DNA of 64,000 bases from positions 64,342 through 128,341 of the forward strand of contig JBDRPD010000066.1 of the NCBI GenBank assembly GCA_043827405.1, read 5' to 3'. This stretch comes from Elusimicrobiota bacterium (GTDB taxonomy: Bacteria; Elusimicrobiota; Elusimicrobia; UBA1565). A program made the translations under genes and the position numbers. The notes below the pieces were generated by a model, which searched no databases, was not told the DNA's origin, and was given only the letters and a program-made list of their open reading frames with translations. Shown one piece after another: positions 17,821 through 26,934 of the stretch. Numbering within the stretch: the first letter of the stretch is position 1; the number at the start of each line of letters is the position of its first letter.

Positions 17821-19629
17821 ATGGTAGCTATGAGAAAACCGATTTCGCTTGTCCTATGCGCCGCAGTTTTTCATCTCTCCTTAGGGCCCGGGACGGCGCA
17901 AGCTGCCGTTGCGGTAGCGGCCTCGATCAAGGCCGCCTCCGTCAGCGGGAGCGCAGGTGCGGTCGGAGCTTCCTTGAACCTTCCCGTGCCGCATAACCTG
18001 CTTGGGACCGGGGCGGGGGGGATAAAACTGGATATCGGCTCCACGCTGTACCGTCCGGAAGCTGTCGCGGCGGTCAATGGCATAAAATCGTTGCGGATAA
18101 TGACCCCCGCCAAGGCGGTTTCGTCGGTGCGTGAGATGGCGGGACGAAGCGCCGCCGGCAAGATGCCTGAGGTTTCGGTGCGCGGCACGCTCGCAACAAT
18201 GGGATCTGCCGTTCAACAGCAGGATGGAGCGCGGCCGTCGGGCACCTCCGCCAAGATGCAGTTGGATAAGCTGTGGGACTTTTCCCGGCGCCGCGATAAT
18301 ACCTCGCCGGTCAGCGCCGGCAAGGGCTGGATGCAAAGAGGCTTCTCCTCTCTCGAGATGAAGAAAGGCGAGACGGATGCGGATTTGACTTTCAGCGCGG
18401 CCGCCAAGAAGAAAGCTCCCCAGGTTTACGAAAAGAAGCCGGGACAGCTGCGGCGCATGCTTGTGCTTCCGGCGGCTATGGCGGCAATTGCCGGCCTGCC
18501 CAAGCTGTTGAATTTGATACTTGATCATCCCGCGCTGCAGGCCCATATCGGCCGGTTTCTGACGGTCATGACGGCTATGCCGGGATGGCTGCAGACGGGA
18601 CTGACCCTCGGCACCGGCTTCGGCGCGGCCTGGGTTTTGCCCAAGCTGGTGCGCGCGGTCGGTAAATGGCTGTTTAACCAAGTGGATTGGGACGAGCTGC
18701 GTGAATCCTATCTCGTGAACCTCGCCTCGGCCGCCGCTTGGCTAGGCGCTATCAGCTTCGCTGTCTATACGCTTGGCGGCTTCGCCGCCCTCGGCGTCAA
18801 TGCCGGTTTATTCGCGGCCACCATGGCTCTCGCCAACCAGGATTTGGCGAAGAACCTCGCGTCGGGTCTTCAGCTCTACCGCAACCGCGAGTTCGAGTTC
18901 GACTTCGATGATGAGATCACGCTATGGGGCGAGAAGGGGCGGCTGGAGTCGATCAATATCCGCTTCCTGACTCTGGACACGAGCATGAATCCCGACGCGG
19001 CGTACAACAGCGTTATGATGGCTAATGAAAAGGTCCGCGGTCTTGGCCTTACCAATCACAGCAAGGTCGGCAGCAAGGTCGGGCTGCTCGCGGCGGCGGC
19101 GCTGCCATTGGCGGCGCTCGCTCCTTTCTTCCCGTATCTCGCCATCGCCGGGCTGTGGCTGGCCGGCGGTCTGTCCAAGGAGTGGGCACAGAGCATCCAG
19201 CTGAAAGCGGAAAAGGCCCTGCCCGATCGCGAGCGCTACAAGAAGCTGCGCGCTCGTTCGCGGCTGGTCGGCTGGGGCGCCAACGCTTCCTACGTTGCCG
19301 GCCTTGGCTATATCCTGAAGCTGCTCGGAGTGTCCGTCTCGGGTGTTACCTCCGTCGTCGGCATCCTGTCGGCAGCGGCCGGCTTCTGGACCAAGGAGAT
19401 TGCCGACGACCTCGTGGCCGGTCTGATGATCGCCGTTTGGAGACCCTTCGGCAAGGGAGAGGTCGTCCAGATCGGTAAACATCCGCGGGGCATGGTCGAG
19501 ACCATTACTCCGCGGACCATCCGCCTGCGTCTCGATGACGGCTCGGCGCACTTCGTCCCGTTGGCGGATTTGATGAAGGAAAAAATCCTGATTGGGCTTA
19601 AGCCTGTCTCAGTCGCGAACGCTGGCTAG
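17821..19629 (+). CDS. MscS-family mechanosensitive channel-like membrane protein
   Basis: Two MscS-like segments (QDLAKNLASGL...FDDEITL and KEIADDLVAGL...RPFGKGEVVQIG) after a long Ala/Gly/Ser-rich N-terminus. Confidence 0.6.
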   Translation: MVAMRKPISLVLCAAVFHLSLGPGTAQAAVAVAASIKAASVSGSAGAVGASLNLPVPHNLLGTGAGGIKLDIGSTLYRPEAVAAVNGIKSLRIMTPAKAVSSVREMAGRSAAGKMPEVSVRGTLATMGSAVQQQDGARPSGTSAKMQLDKLWDFSRRRDNTSPVSAGKGWMQRGFSSLEMKKGETDADLTFSAAAKKKAPQVYEKKPGQLRRMLVLPAAMAAIAGLPKLLNLILDHPALQAHIGRFLTVMTAMPGWLQTGLTLGTGFGAAWVLPKLVRAVGKWLFNQVDWDELRESYLVNLASAAAWLGAISFAVYTLGGFAALGVNAGLFAATMALANQDLAKNLASGLQLYRNREFEFDFDDEITLWGEKGRLESINIRFLTLDTSMNPDAAYNSVMMANEKVRGLGLTNHSKVGSKVGLLAAAALPLAALAPFFPYLAIAGLWLAGGLSKEWAQSIQLKAEKALPDRERYKKLRARSRLVGWGANASYVAGLGYILKLLGVSVSGVTSVVGILSAAAGFWTKEIADDLVAGLMIAVWRPFGKGEVVQIGKHPRGMVETITPRTIRLRLDDGSAHFVPLADLMKEKILIGLKPVSVANAG

Positions 19630-19736
19630 AGCGTTTTGCCTGGGGCGGTTCGGTAGAAATCCATATAATTGCTGTATAAAATGCGTATTGATCGACATCA
19701 ATAGCCGCTGGCAGGAATATTGCTATTATTTTCGTT

Positions 19737-22700
19737 ATGAAAACGAAAACTATGAATAAAACCAATATGCTTACTAAGCCGATGGACGCCAACGAGGCGG
19801 CGGCGAATGTCGCCTACTCTTTGAGTCAAGTCATAGCGATTTATCCGATTACGCCGGCCACCCCTATGGGCGAGTTGTCCGACGCCTGGGCCGCTGCCGG
19901 CCGCCCAAACATTTGGGATACCGTGCCTCAGGTTATAGAGATGCAGGCCGAAGGCGGCGCCGCCGGCGCCGTACACGGCTCGCTGACGGCGGGCGCTTCA
20001 ACAACGACCTTTACGGCGTCGCAGGGCCTTCTCCTCATGATGCCGAACATGTATAAGCTCGCCGGCGAGTTGACGCCCTGCGTCATTCACGTGGCCGCGC
20101 GCTCCGTCGCCACTCAGGCGTTGTCTATTTTCGGCGACCACAGCGACGTCATGGCGGCGCGGCAGACCGGCTTCGCCATGCTGTGCTCGAACTCGGTGCA
20201 GGAAGCGCACGACTGCGCCATGCTCTCACATGCGGCGACGCTCGAAACGCGGGTGCCCTTTCTGCACTTCTTCGACGGCTTTCGCACCTCGCATGAGATT
20301 CAGAAGGTCGCGGTGCTCGGCACGGAAGAGATGAAGGCGATGATCGACCAGAAGGCGCTGCTCGCGTTCCGCAAGCTGGGCCTTGATCCGGAGCGGCCGT
20401 CGATGCGGGGTACGGCGCAGAACCCGGACGTCTTCTTCCAGTCGCGCGAGGCGATCAACCCTTTCTATCTCGCTTGCGCCGATACCGTGCAGAAGGTTAT
20501 GGATCGTTTCGCGGCGCAGACGGGACGCGCCTATAAGCTGTTTGACTACGTCGGAGCGCCCGACGCCGAGCGCGTCATCGTCATGATGGGCTCCGGCTGC
20601 GGCGCCGCCGAGGAAGCCGTCGAGCACCTCGTGAAGAAAGGAGAGAAGGTCGGCCTGGTGAAGGTCCGGCTGTACCGGCCCTTCTCCTCCAAGCATTTGG
20701 TCGAGGCGCTTCCCGCTGGTGTAAAGCGGGTCGCCGTTCTTGACCGCACCAAGGAGCCGGGCGGCGTCGGCGAGCCGCTCTTCCTCGACGTGGTCGGCGC
20801 TTTGGACGATCAGGCGAACGCGGTGTTTAAGAAGTTTAAGGACGGCGCGCCCAAGATCAGCGGCGGGCGCTACGGCCTGTCGTCGAAGGAGTTCTCGCCG
20901 GCGATGGTCAAGGGGATCTTCGACGAGCTGTCGAAGGACGCGCCGAAGAAGCACTTCACCGTCGGCATCAACGACGACGTGACCAAGCTGTCGCTTAAGT
21001 GGGATCCCGCGTTCAATACTGAGCATAAGGATACCTATCGCGCGCTGTTCTACGGCTTGGGCTCGGACGGGACCGTCGGTGCCAACAAGAACAGCATCAA
21101 AATGATCGCCGAAGGGACCAACCTGAACACGCAGGGCTACTTCGTCTACGACTCCAAGAAGTCCGGCTCGAAGACGACCTCGCACCTGCGCTTCGGCCCC
21201 CATCCCATAAGCTCGACCTACCTGATTACTCAGGCGAACTTCATCGCCTGCCACCAGGAGCTGTTTCTGAACTCCGTGCCGATGATCGAGCGCGCCGCCC
21301 AGGGCGCGACCTTCCTGCTCAACTCCACGGTTCCAGCCGACAAGGTTTGGGACAGCCTGCCGAAGAATGTCCAGCAGGGGCTCATCGAGAAGAAGATGAA
21401 GTTCTATGTTGTCGATGCCTATAAAGTCGCGCGCGAAGCCGGTCTAGGCGGTCTCACCAATACCGTCATGCAGACCTGCTTCTTTGAGCTCGTCGATCTC
21501 CTCCCGGATGCGATCAAGGCGATCAAGGATGCGATCGAGAAGACCTACGGCAAGAAGAGCAGCGAGGTCGTTAAGAAGAACTTCGCCGCCGTTGATCAGG
21601 CGATCGCCAATATGACCGAAGTGAAGGTGCCGGAGAAGGTGACCTCGGAGCTCGTGCCCGAGCCGCCGATCCCCGAGGAGGCCCCGGACTTCGTCAAAAA
21701 GGTGACGGGCGAGATCGTCGCCGGCCGCGGCGATCTGCTGCCGGTCAGCGCCTTCCCCGTGGACGGCACCTATCCGACCGGGACGACCAAGTGGGAGAAG
21801 CGGAACCTCGCCATGGAGATCCCGATCTGGGATAAGGCGCTCTGCATTCAGTGCAATAAGTGCTCCATGGTATGTCCGCATGCCGCGATCCGGGTCAAGG
21901 CGTATCCGAAAGACGCCCTCAAGGGGGCGCCGGAAGGCTATAAGAGCGTCGACTGGCGCGGCAAGGAGTTTCCGCAGGGGACGCAGTATACCGTCCAGGT
22001 CGCGCCCGAGGACTGCACGGGCTGCGGCGTCTGCGTCGAAGTATGCCCGGCCAAGAACAAGAAGGAAGAGGGCCGCAAGGCGATCAATATGGAAGAGCAG
22101 AAGCCGCATCGGGATCAGGAGGCCGGCTGGTTCAAGTTCTTCCTGGATCGGCCTGAAGCCGACCGCTCGCTGGTCCCGGTCGGAACCGTGAAGGGTTCGC
22201 AGCTGCTGCAGCCCTTGTTCGAGTTCTCGGGCGCTTGCGCCGGCTGCGGCGAGACCCCTTACCTCAAGCTGCTGACTCAGCTCTACGGCGACCGACTCGC
22301 CGTCGCCAACGCGACGGGCTGCTCCTCGATCTACGGCGGCAACCTGCCGACGACACCATGGGCGGACGGCAAGGACGGACGCGGGCCGGCCTGGTCGAAC
22401 TCGCTGTTCGAGGATAACGCCGAGTTCGGGTTGGGCTTTCGTCTGGCCTACTCCAACAAAAAGCGTTACGCTGAGGGCTTGATCGAACGCCATAAGGGAG
22501 AGCTTCCCGGCGACCTCGCGAAGGGGCTGCTTGAAGCAACGCAGCGCTCCGAGGCCGACATCGTGGCCCAGCGCAAGCGCGTCAAGGAACTCAAGGACAA
22601 GCTGAAGAGCAGCAAGGAAGTTTGGGCCCAGGAGCTGGTCTCAGTCTCCGACAGCCTGATCCGCAAGAGCGTCTGGGCCGTGGGCGGCGACGGTTGGGCC

Positions 22701-23306
22701 TACGATATCGGCTACGGCGGGCTCGATCATGTCATCGCTTCGGGCGAGGACATCAACATCCTCGTCCTAGATACCGAGTGCTACGCCAATACCGGCGGGC
22801 AGGCCTCGAAGGCCACGCCGCGCGCGGCGGTCGCCAAGTTCGCCTCGGCCGGTAAGAAGCTGGCGCGCAAGGACCTGACCTGGGCCGCCATGGGATACGG
22901 CACCGTTTACGTCGCCCGCGTCGCGATGGGAGCGAACGATACCCAGACCGTTAAAGCCTTTGTCGAGGCCGAGTCCTATCCGGGGCCGTCCTTGATTGTG
23001 GCCTACAGCCACTGCATCGAGCACGGCTTCCCGATGTCGCAGGGAATGCAGCAGCAGAAGCTCGCGGTCGACAGCGGCTACTGGCCGCTGTTCCGCTATG
23101 ACCCCAGGCTCGCGGACGAGGGCAAGAACCCGCTGCAGCTGGATTCGAAGAAGGCGAAGATCCCGCTCATAGACTACGTCTACACCGAGTCGCGCTATAA
23201 GCGGCTGACGAAGGACCATCCCGACGAGGCCAAGCGTCTGCTCGAGCTGGCGCAGCAGGATGTCGACAAGCGCTGGAAAATGATCGAGGAACTCGCCCAG
23301 AAATAA
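19737..23306 (+). CDS. nifJ: Pyruvate:ferredoxin (flavodoxin) oxidoreductase, single-chain type
   Basis: YPITP, two ferredoxin motifs (CIQCNKC, CTGCGVC), GACAGCGE and GGDGWAYDIG; 1189 aa. Confidence 0.95.
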   Translation: MKTKTMNKTNMLTKPMDANEAAANVAYSLSQVIAIYPITPATPMGELSDAWAAAGRPNIWDTVPQVIEMQAEGGAAGAVHGSLTAGASTTTFTASQGLLLMMPNMYKLAGELTPCVIHVAARSVATQALSIFGDHSDVMAARQTGFAMLCSNSVQEAHDCAMLSHAATLETRVPFLHFFDGFRTSHEIQKVAVLGTEEMKAMIDQKALLAFRKLGLDPERPSMRGTAQNPDVFFQSREAINPFYLACADTVQKVMDRFAAQTGRAYKLFDYVGAPDAERVIVMMGSGCGAAEEAVEHLVKKGEKVGLVKVRLYRPFSSKHLVEALPAGVKRVAVLDRTKEPGGVGEPLFLDVVGALDDQANAVFKKFKDGAPKISGGRYGLSSKEFSPAMVKGIFDELSKDAPKKHFTVGINDDVTKLSLKWDPAFNTEHKDTYRALFYGLGSDGTVGANKNSIKMIAEGTNLNTQGYFVYDSKKSGSKTTSHLRFGPHPISSTYLITQANFIACHQELFLNSVPMIERAAQGATFLLNSTVPADKVWDSLPKNVQQGLIEKKMKFYVVDAYKVAREAGLGGLTNTVMQTCFFELVDLLPDAIKAIKDAIEKTYGKKSSEVVKKNFAAVDQAIANMTEVKVPEKVTSELVPEPPIPEEAPDFVKKVTGEIVAGRGDLLPVSAFPVDGTYPTGTTKWEKRNLAMEIPIWDKALCIQCNKCSMVCPHAAIRVKAYPKDALKGAPEGYKSVDWRGKEFPQGTQYTVQVAPEDCTGCGVCVEVCPAKNKKEEGRKAINMEEQKPHRDQEAGWFKFFLDRPEADRSLVPVGTVKGSQLLQPLFEFSGACAGCGETPYLKLLTQLYGDRLAVANATGCSSIYGGNLPTTPWADGKDGRGPAWSNSLFEDNAEFGLGFRLAYSNKKRYAEGLIERHKGELPGDLAKGLLEATQRSEADIVAQRKRVKELKDKLKSSKEVWAQELVSVSDSLIRKSVWAVGGDGWAYDIGYGGLDHVIASGEDINILVLDTECYANTGGQASKATPRAAVAKFASAGKKLARKDLTWAAMGYGTVYVARVAMGANDTQTVKAFVEAESYPGPSLIVAYSHCIEHGFPMSQGMQQQKLAVDSGYWPLFRYDPRLADEGKNPLQLDSKKAKIPLIDYVYTESRYKRLTKDHPDEAKRLLELAQQDVDKRWKMIEELAQK

Positions 23307-23309
23307 CGA

Positions 23310-24707
23310 ATGGATAAGGTGAAGGTTCTGGTCGTCGGCGGCGGCCCGGGAGGGTACGCCGCCGCCTTTTTGGCGGCGGATCTCGGGCTGGAGACGGTTC
23401 TCGTCGATTGCGAGGCGAATCCGGGCGGGGTCTGTCTGTATCGGGGGTGTATCCCATCCAAGGCGCTGCTGCATGCCGCACGCATTATCACCGAAGCCAA
23501 AGATGCCGCGGCCATCGGGCTGGCTTTCTCCGCTCCCGCGGTGGATGTCGACAAGCTGCGGTCCTGGAAGGACGGGATCGTGCGCCGGTTGACCGGCGGC
23601 CTCGGCATGCTCGCCAAGCAGCGCAAAATCCGGTTGATTCAAGGGCGGGCGAAGTTCATCGACCCTCATACGGTCGAGATCGACGGCCATGGTAAGCTCG
23701 GCTTCGAACATGCGATCGTCGCCACCGGCTCGCGGCCGGCTCCGCTCCCGGGCATCCAGCTCGAATCGGAACGCCTGTGGGACTCCAGCGATGCTCTGGC
23801 ATTGAAGAATATCCCGCAAAGCCTGCTCGTCATTGGCGGCGGTTATATCGGCCTCGAGATGGGAACGCTCTACGCCGCCTTGGGAACCCGGGTCACAACG
23901 GTGGAGATGCTTCCTGCGCTGCTGCCGGGGGCGGACAAGGATTTAGTGGATATCCTTTCCCGCCGCGTCAGGAAAAACTTCGAAGCGGTTTTTTTGGCGT
24001 CCAAGGTGGCCGCTATTGAGGAGGCACCGGACGGGCTCAAGGTCCTCTTCGAAGGCCGGCCCGAGCAGCTATTCGAAAACGTTCTCGTTGCCGTAGGGCG
24101 CAAACCCAACTCCGCAGGCTTGGGGCTCGAGAATACGAAAGTCGGAATCGACGAGCGCGGCTTCATTGTCGCCGACGACCAGGCTCGGACCGCCGAGCCG
24201 TCCATTTTCGCGATCGGCGATGTCGCGGGGGAGCCGATGCTGGCGCATAAAGCGTCCCATGAGGGACGCGCCGCCGTGCGCGTGATCGCGGGGGAAGACG
24301 TTCGTTTCGCTCCCAAAGCTATCCCGGGCGTGGTCTTTACTGATCCGGAAGCGGCCTGGTGCGGCCTGACTGAAGCGCAGGCGGCGAAGGATGAGCGCAG
24401 GATTGAAGTGCTGCGCTTCCCCTGGGCGGCCTCGGGGCGGGCGCTGACCCTCAACCGCACCGACGGGATGACCAAGCTTATTGTTGAGCCCGGCAGCGGA
24501 ACGGTGCTCGGTGCCGGCATTGTCGGGGCCGGCGCGGGCGATCTTATCGCCGAGGCGGCGCTGGCGGTGGAGGCCGGAATCACGGCCAAAGAATTGGCGC
24601 ATGTGATTCATGCCCATCCGACAACCTCCGAAACGCTCATGGAAGCGGCCGAAATCCTGAGCGGCACCTGCACCCATATCTATCGTCCTAAACACGCCCA
24701 GAGGTAG
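23310..24707 (+). CDS. lpdA: Dihydrolipoamide dehydrogenase
   Basis: GGGPGGY, GGVCLYRGCIPSK and HAHPTTSE motifs. Confidence 0.9.
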   Translation: MDKVKVLVVGGGPGGYAAAFLAADLGLETVLVDCEANPGGVCLYRGCIPSKALLHAARIITEAKDAAAIGLAFSAPAVDVDKLRSWKDGIVRRLTGGLGMLAKQRKIRLIQGRAKFIDPHTVEIDGHGKLGFEHAIVATGSRPAPLPGIQLESERLWDSSDALALKNIPQSLLVIGGGYIGLEMGTLYAALGTRVTTVEMLPALLPGADKDLVDILSRRVRKNFEAVFLASKVAAIEEAPDGLKVLFEGRPEQLFENVLVAVGRKPNSAGLGLENTKVGIDERGFIVADDQARTAEPSIFAIGDVAGEPMLAHKASHEGRAAVRVIAGEDVRFAPKAIPGVVFTDPEAAWCGLTEAQAAKDERRIEVLRFPWAASGRALTLNRTDGMTKLIVEPGSGTVLGAGIVGAGAGDLIAEAALAVEAGITAKELAHVIHAHPTTSETLMEAAEILSGTCTHIYRPKHAQR

Positions 24708-24711
24708 TTCC

Positions 24712-26715
24712 ATGCGTATCGGTATTGGCCTGAGCCGCGACAAGGACTGCGCGCGCGCGGCGGCGGCGGCGATAGACGAGGCGCTCAAGGCCGTCCCCGA
24801 GCCGGACCTGGCCCTGGTCTACGCATCGTACCATCGCGATCATGAGAAGGTCATGGAAGCGATCCGGGCCAAGGTCGATCCGGACGTGCTTCTCGGGGGC
24901 TCGTCCTACGCCGAGATAACAACGGCCGGCGTCACCAAGGGCAGCATCGCGGCGCTCCTCCTCTCGTTCGACGGCGCCGCCGTCCGCGTGGCCGACGTTG
25001 CAGCGGAACCGGTCCCGTACGAAACGGGAAAGGCCCTGGCCGCGAAGTTCCTGGACTGGCGGCCGCGGGCCGGCAGCTTCCCGCTCGGCCTCATGTCCAC
25101 GAACTTCGCGACCGGCCGCGAGAACGACCTTCTCAAGGCGCTGCGGGAGCGTCTGGAGAAAGCCCCGGTCTTCGGCGGCATGTCCTGCGGCGACTACGAG
25201 GCGGGGAGCATGCATCCCGACTTCTGGAAGAGCTATCAGTACTGCCGGGACGGGCTCAGGGAGAAGTCGGCGCGCCTGGCGCTTCTCGAGCTGCCGGCGG
25301 AGGACTACCGCGCCGGCTTCGGCTTCGCGCACGGCTGGCAGCCGGTCGGCCCCGTGGTCGAGCTTACCCGCTGCGAGCACAACAAAGTCTACGCGGTCGG
25401 GGGCGTGCCGGTCATCGACTACTACCGGCAGTTCATCAGCCGCGAGGAGAGCGAGGAGTTCTTCGAGCGGGACTTCCAGCGTTACGCCTTCTCGATGCTT
25501 CTCGACCAGAATAGCGCGGTCCGCTCGGTGATGAAGGTTCCGGTCGCCGTCGACTTCGAAAAAGGCTGCATCACCTATTTCCCGGCCGAGGACATGCAGG
25601 GCCGCAAGGTGCAGATGATCCTCTCCAGCCGCCGCAGCGCGATCAAGGGCGCGCGCGCCGCCGCCGTCCACGCCAAGGAGTCTTTGGACGGCATGGCGCC
25701 GGCCCTCGTCCTCATCGTCAGCTGCTGCACGCGCAACGCCATCCTCCACAGTCGCATGGCCAAGGAAGTCGACGCCGTGCGCGAGGTGTTCGGCCGGGAC
25801 GTCCCCGTATTCGGCTTCTACTCCGCCGGTGAGATCGTGCCGTTCTTGAGCCGCTACGAGGACGTCGTCGATCCAAAGCAGGAGTTTTCCGGCTCGCATT
25901 CACACGCCACGACGATCGGAGTTCTGGCTCTCGGGGCGAAGAATCCGGCGCTCGCGGGCGTGCCGGACGCCGGCGAGAACGCCGAGAAGGATGCCGCCTA
26001 TCTGCGGGGCCTGCTGGAGAAGAGCGAAGAGATCCTCGACAACACCGAGAGCTTCATGGCCAACCTCAGCCGCAAGTCCTACCAGGACAGCGAGCAGATT
26101 CAGAAGCAGAACGAGATCATCCACCGCTACACGCCGCACGACGTCTGGAAGCAGATCGGCGATAACGTATCGCGCGGCGACTACGAGCTCCACGACGACG
26201 AATTCAACGGCTGCTTTCTGTTTATGGACGTAAAGGGATTTACGTCGTACAGTGAGGAGCATGGTTCAAACGAAGTCGTCTGCGCGCTAAACGAGATTTT
26301 CAAGCCCGCTACCGAGGCGATCTATGAGTGCGGCGGCGACGTCGATAAATATATCGGGGACTGCATCTTCGCCGCCTTTCGTGACCTGGACGCGGGAGTG
26401 GAGGCGGGGCTCAGGATTCAGCGGCTGTTCGCGGTTCTTAAGGAACAAGGGAACCCCTTTACCGTGCGGGTCGGCATCAACGCGGGGCGAGCGGTGCGGG
26501 CCAACGTGGGGGGAACCGAACGGCGGGAGTATACCTTCATCGGCGACGCGGTCAATACGGCGCAGCGGCTGGAGTCGAACTGTACGCCGGGGAAGCTTTT
26601 GATCGCCGAAGAGCTCTACCTCAGAGGAAAGGAGAGATTTTCCGCAGCCGAGCGGCGGGAGATCATGGTTAAGGGAAAAAAGAAGCCGGTGGCGGCGTAT
26701 GAGGTGTCGGCCTAA
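24712..26715 (+). CDS. FIST-domain class III adenylate cyclase
   Basis: FIST_N/FIST_C (HGWQPVG, SCCTR, GFYSAGEI) plus cyclase motifs (FMDVKGFT, DKYIGD, YTFIGDAVNTAQRLE). Confidence 0.85.
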   Translation: MRIGIGLSRDKDCARAAAAAIDEALKAVPEPDLALVYASYHRDHEKVMEAIRAKVDPDVLLGGSSYAEITTAGVTKGSIAALLLSFDGAAVRVADVAAEPVPYETGKALAAKFLDWRPRAGSFPLGLMSTNFATGRENDLLKALRERLEKAPVFGGMSCGDYEAGSMHPDFWKSYQYCRDGLREKSARLALLELPAEDYRAGFGFAHGWQPVGPVVELTRCEHNKVYAVGGVPVIDYYRQFISREESEEFFERDFQRYAFSMLLDQNSAVRSVMKVPVAVDFEKGCITYFPAEDMQGRKVQMILSSRRSAIKGARAAAVHAKESLDGMAPALVLIVSCCTRNAILHSRMAKEVDAVREVFGRDVPVFGFYSAGEIVPFLSRYEDVVDPKQEFSGSHSHATTIGVLALGAKNPALAGVPDAGENAEKDAAYLRGLLEKSEEILDNTESFMANLSRKSYQDSEQIQKQNEIIHRYTPHDVWKQIGDNVSRGDYELHDDEFNGCFLFMDVKGFTSYSEEHGSNEVVCALNEIFKPATEAIYECGGDVDKYIGDCIFAAFRDLDAGVEAGLRIQRLFAVLKEQGNPFTVRVGINAGRAVRANVGGTERREYTFIGDAVNTAQRLESNCTPGKLLIAEELYLRGKERFSAAERREIMVKGKKKPVAAYEVSA

Positions 26716-26743
26716 AGCCCTAAATATTGTAAAATCAAGCATT

Positions 26744-26780
26744 GCCGAGATAGCTCAACGGTAGAGCAATCGCTTCGTAA
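26744..26780 (+). repeat. 5' half of tRNA-Thr(CGT), left attachment site of the island
   Basis: GCCGAGATAGCTCAACGGTAGAGCAATCGCTTCGTAA is identical to 42163-42199; identity ends at the end of the anticodon loop. Confidence 0.9.
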
Positions 26781-26910
26781 TCCTTCCTCTAGATCTATCC
26801 TCTCTCTCACCGCCCGACGTAGGATCGTTTACTCGACGGAGAGATAGAAAAACGTTGAGTTGGCTCTTGTTACTGCTCTATGGGGGAGTGAGGTCGTTTT
26901 GAGCTTAGGA

Positions 26911-26930
26911 GTGGACACTTTTTGGGCACT
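26911..26930 (+). repeat. Subterminal repeat, candidate integrase arm-type site (left)
   Basis: GTGGACACTTTTTGGGCACT matches 42068-42087 at 19 of 20 positions. Confidence 0.6.
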
Positions 26931-26934
26931 TGGG

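Noticed and set aside
20226..25899. Several 240-400 aa minus-strand ORFs opposite nifJ, lpdA and the cyclase
   Set aside because: Antisense to well-supported genes, with no recognisable domains
26744..26780. Possible second tRNA-Thr or intron-split tRNA
   Set aside because: No T arm or acceptor 3' strand follows, and a complete copy exists at 42163; best read as an attachment-site fragment
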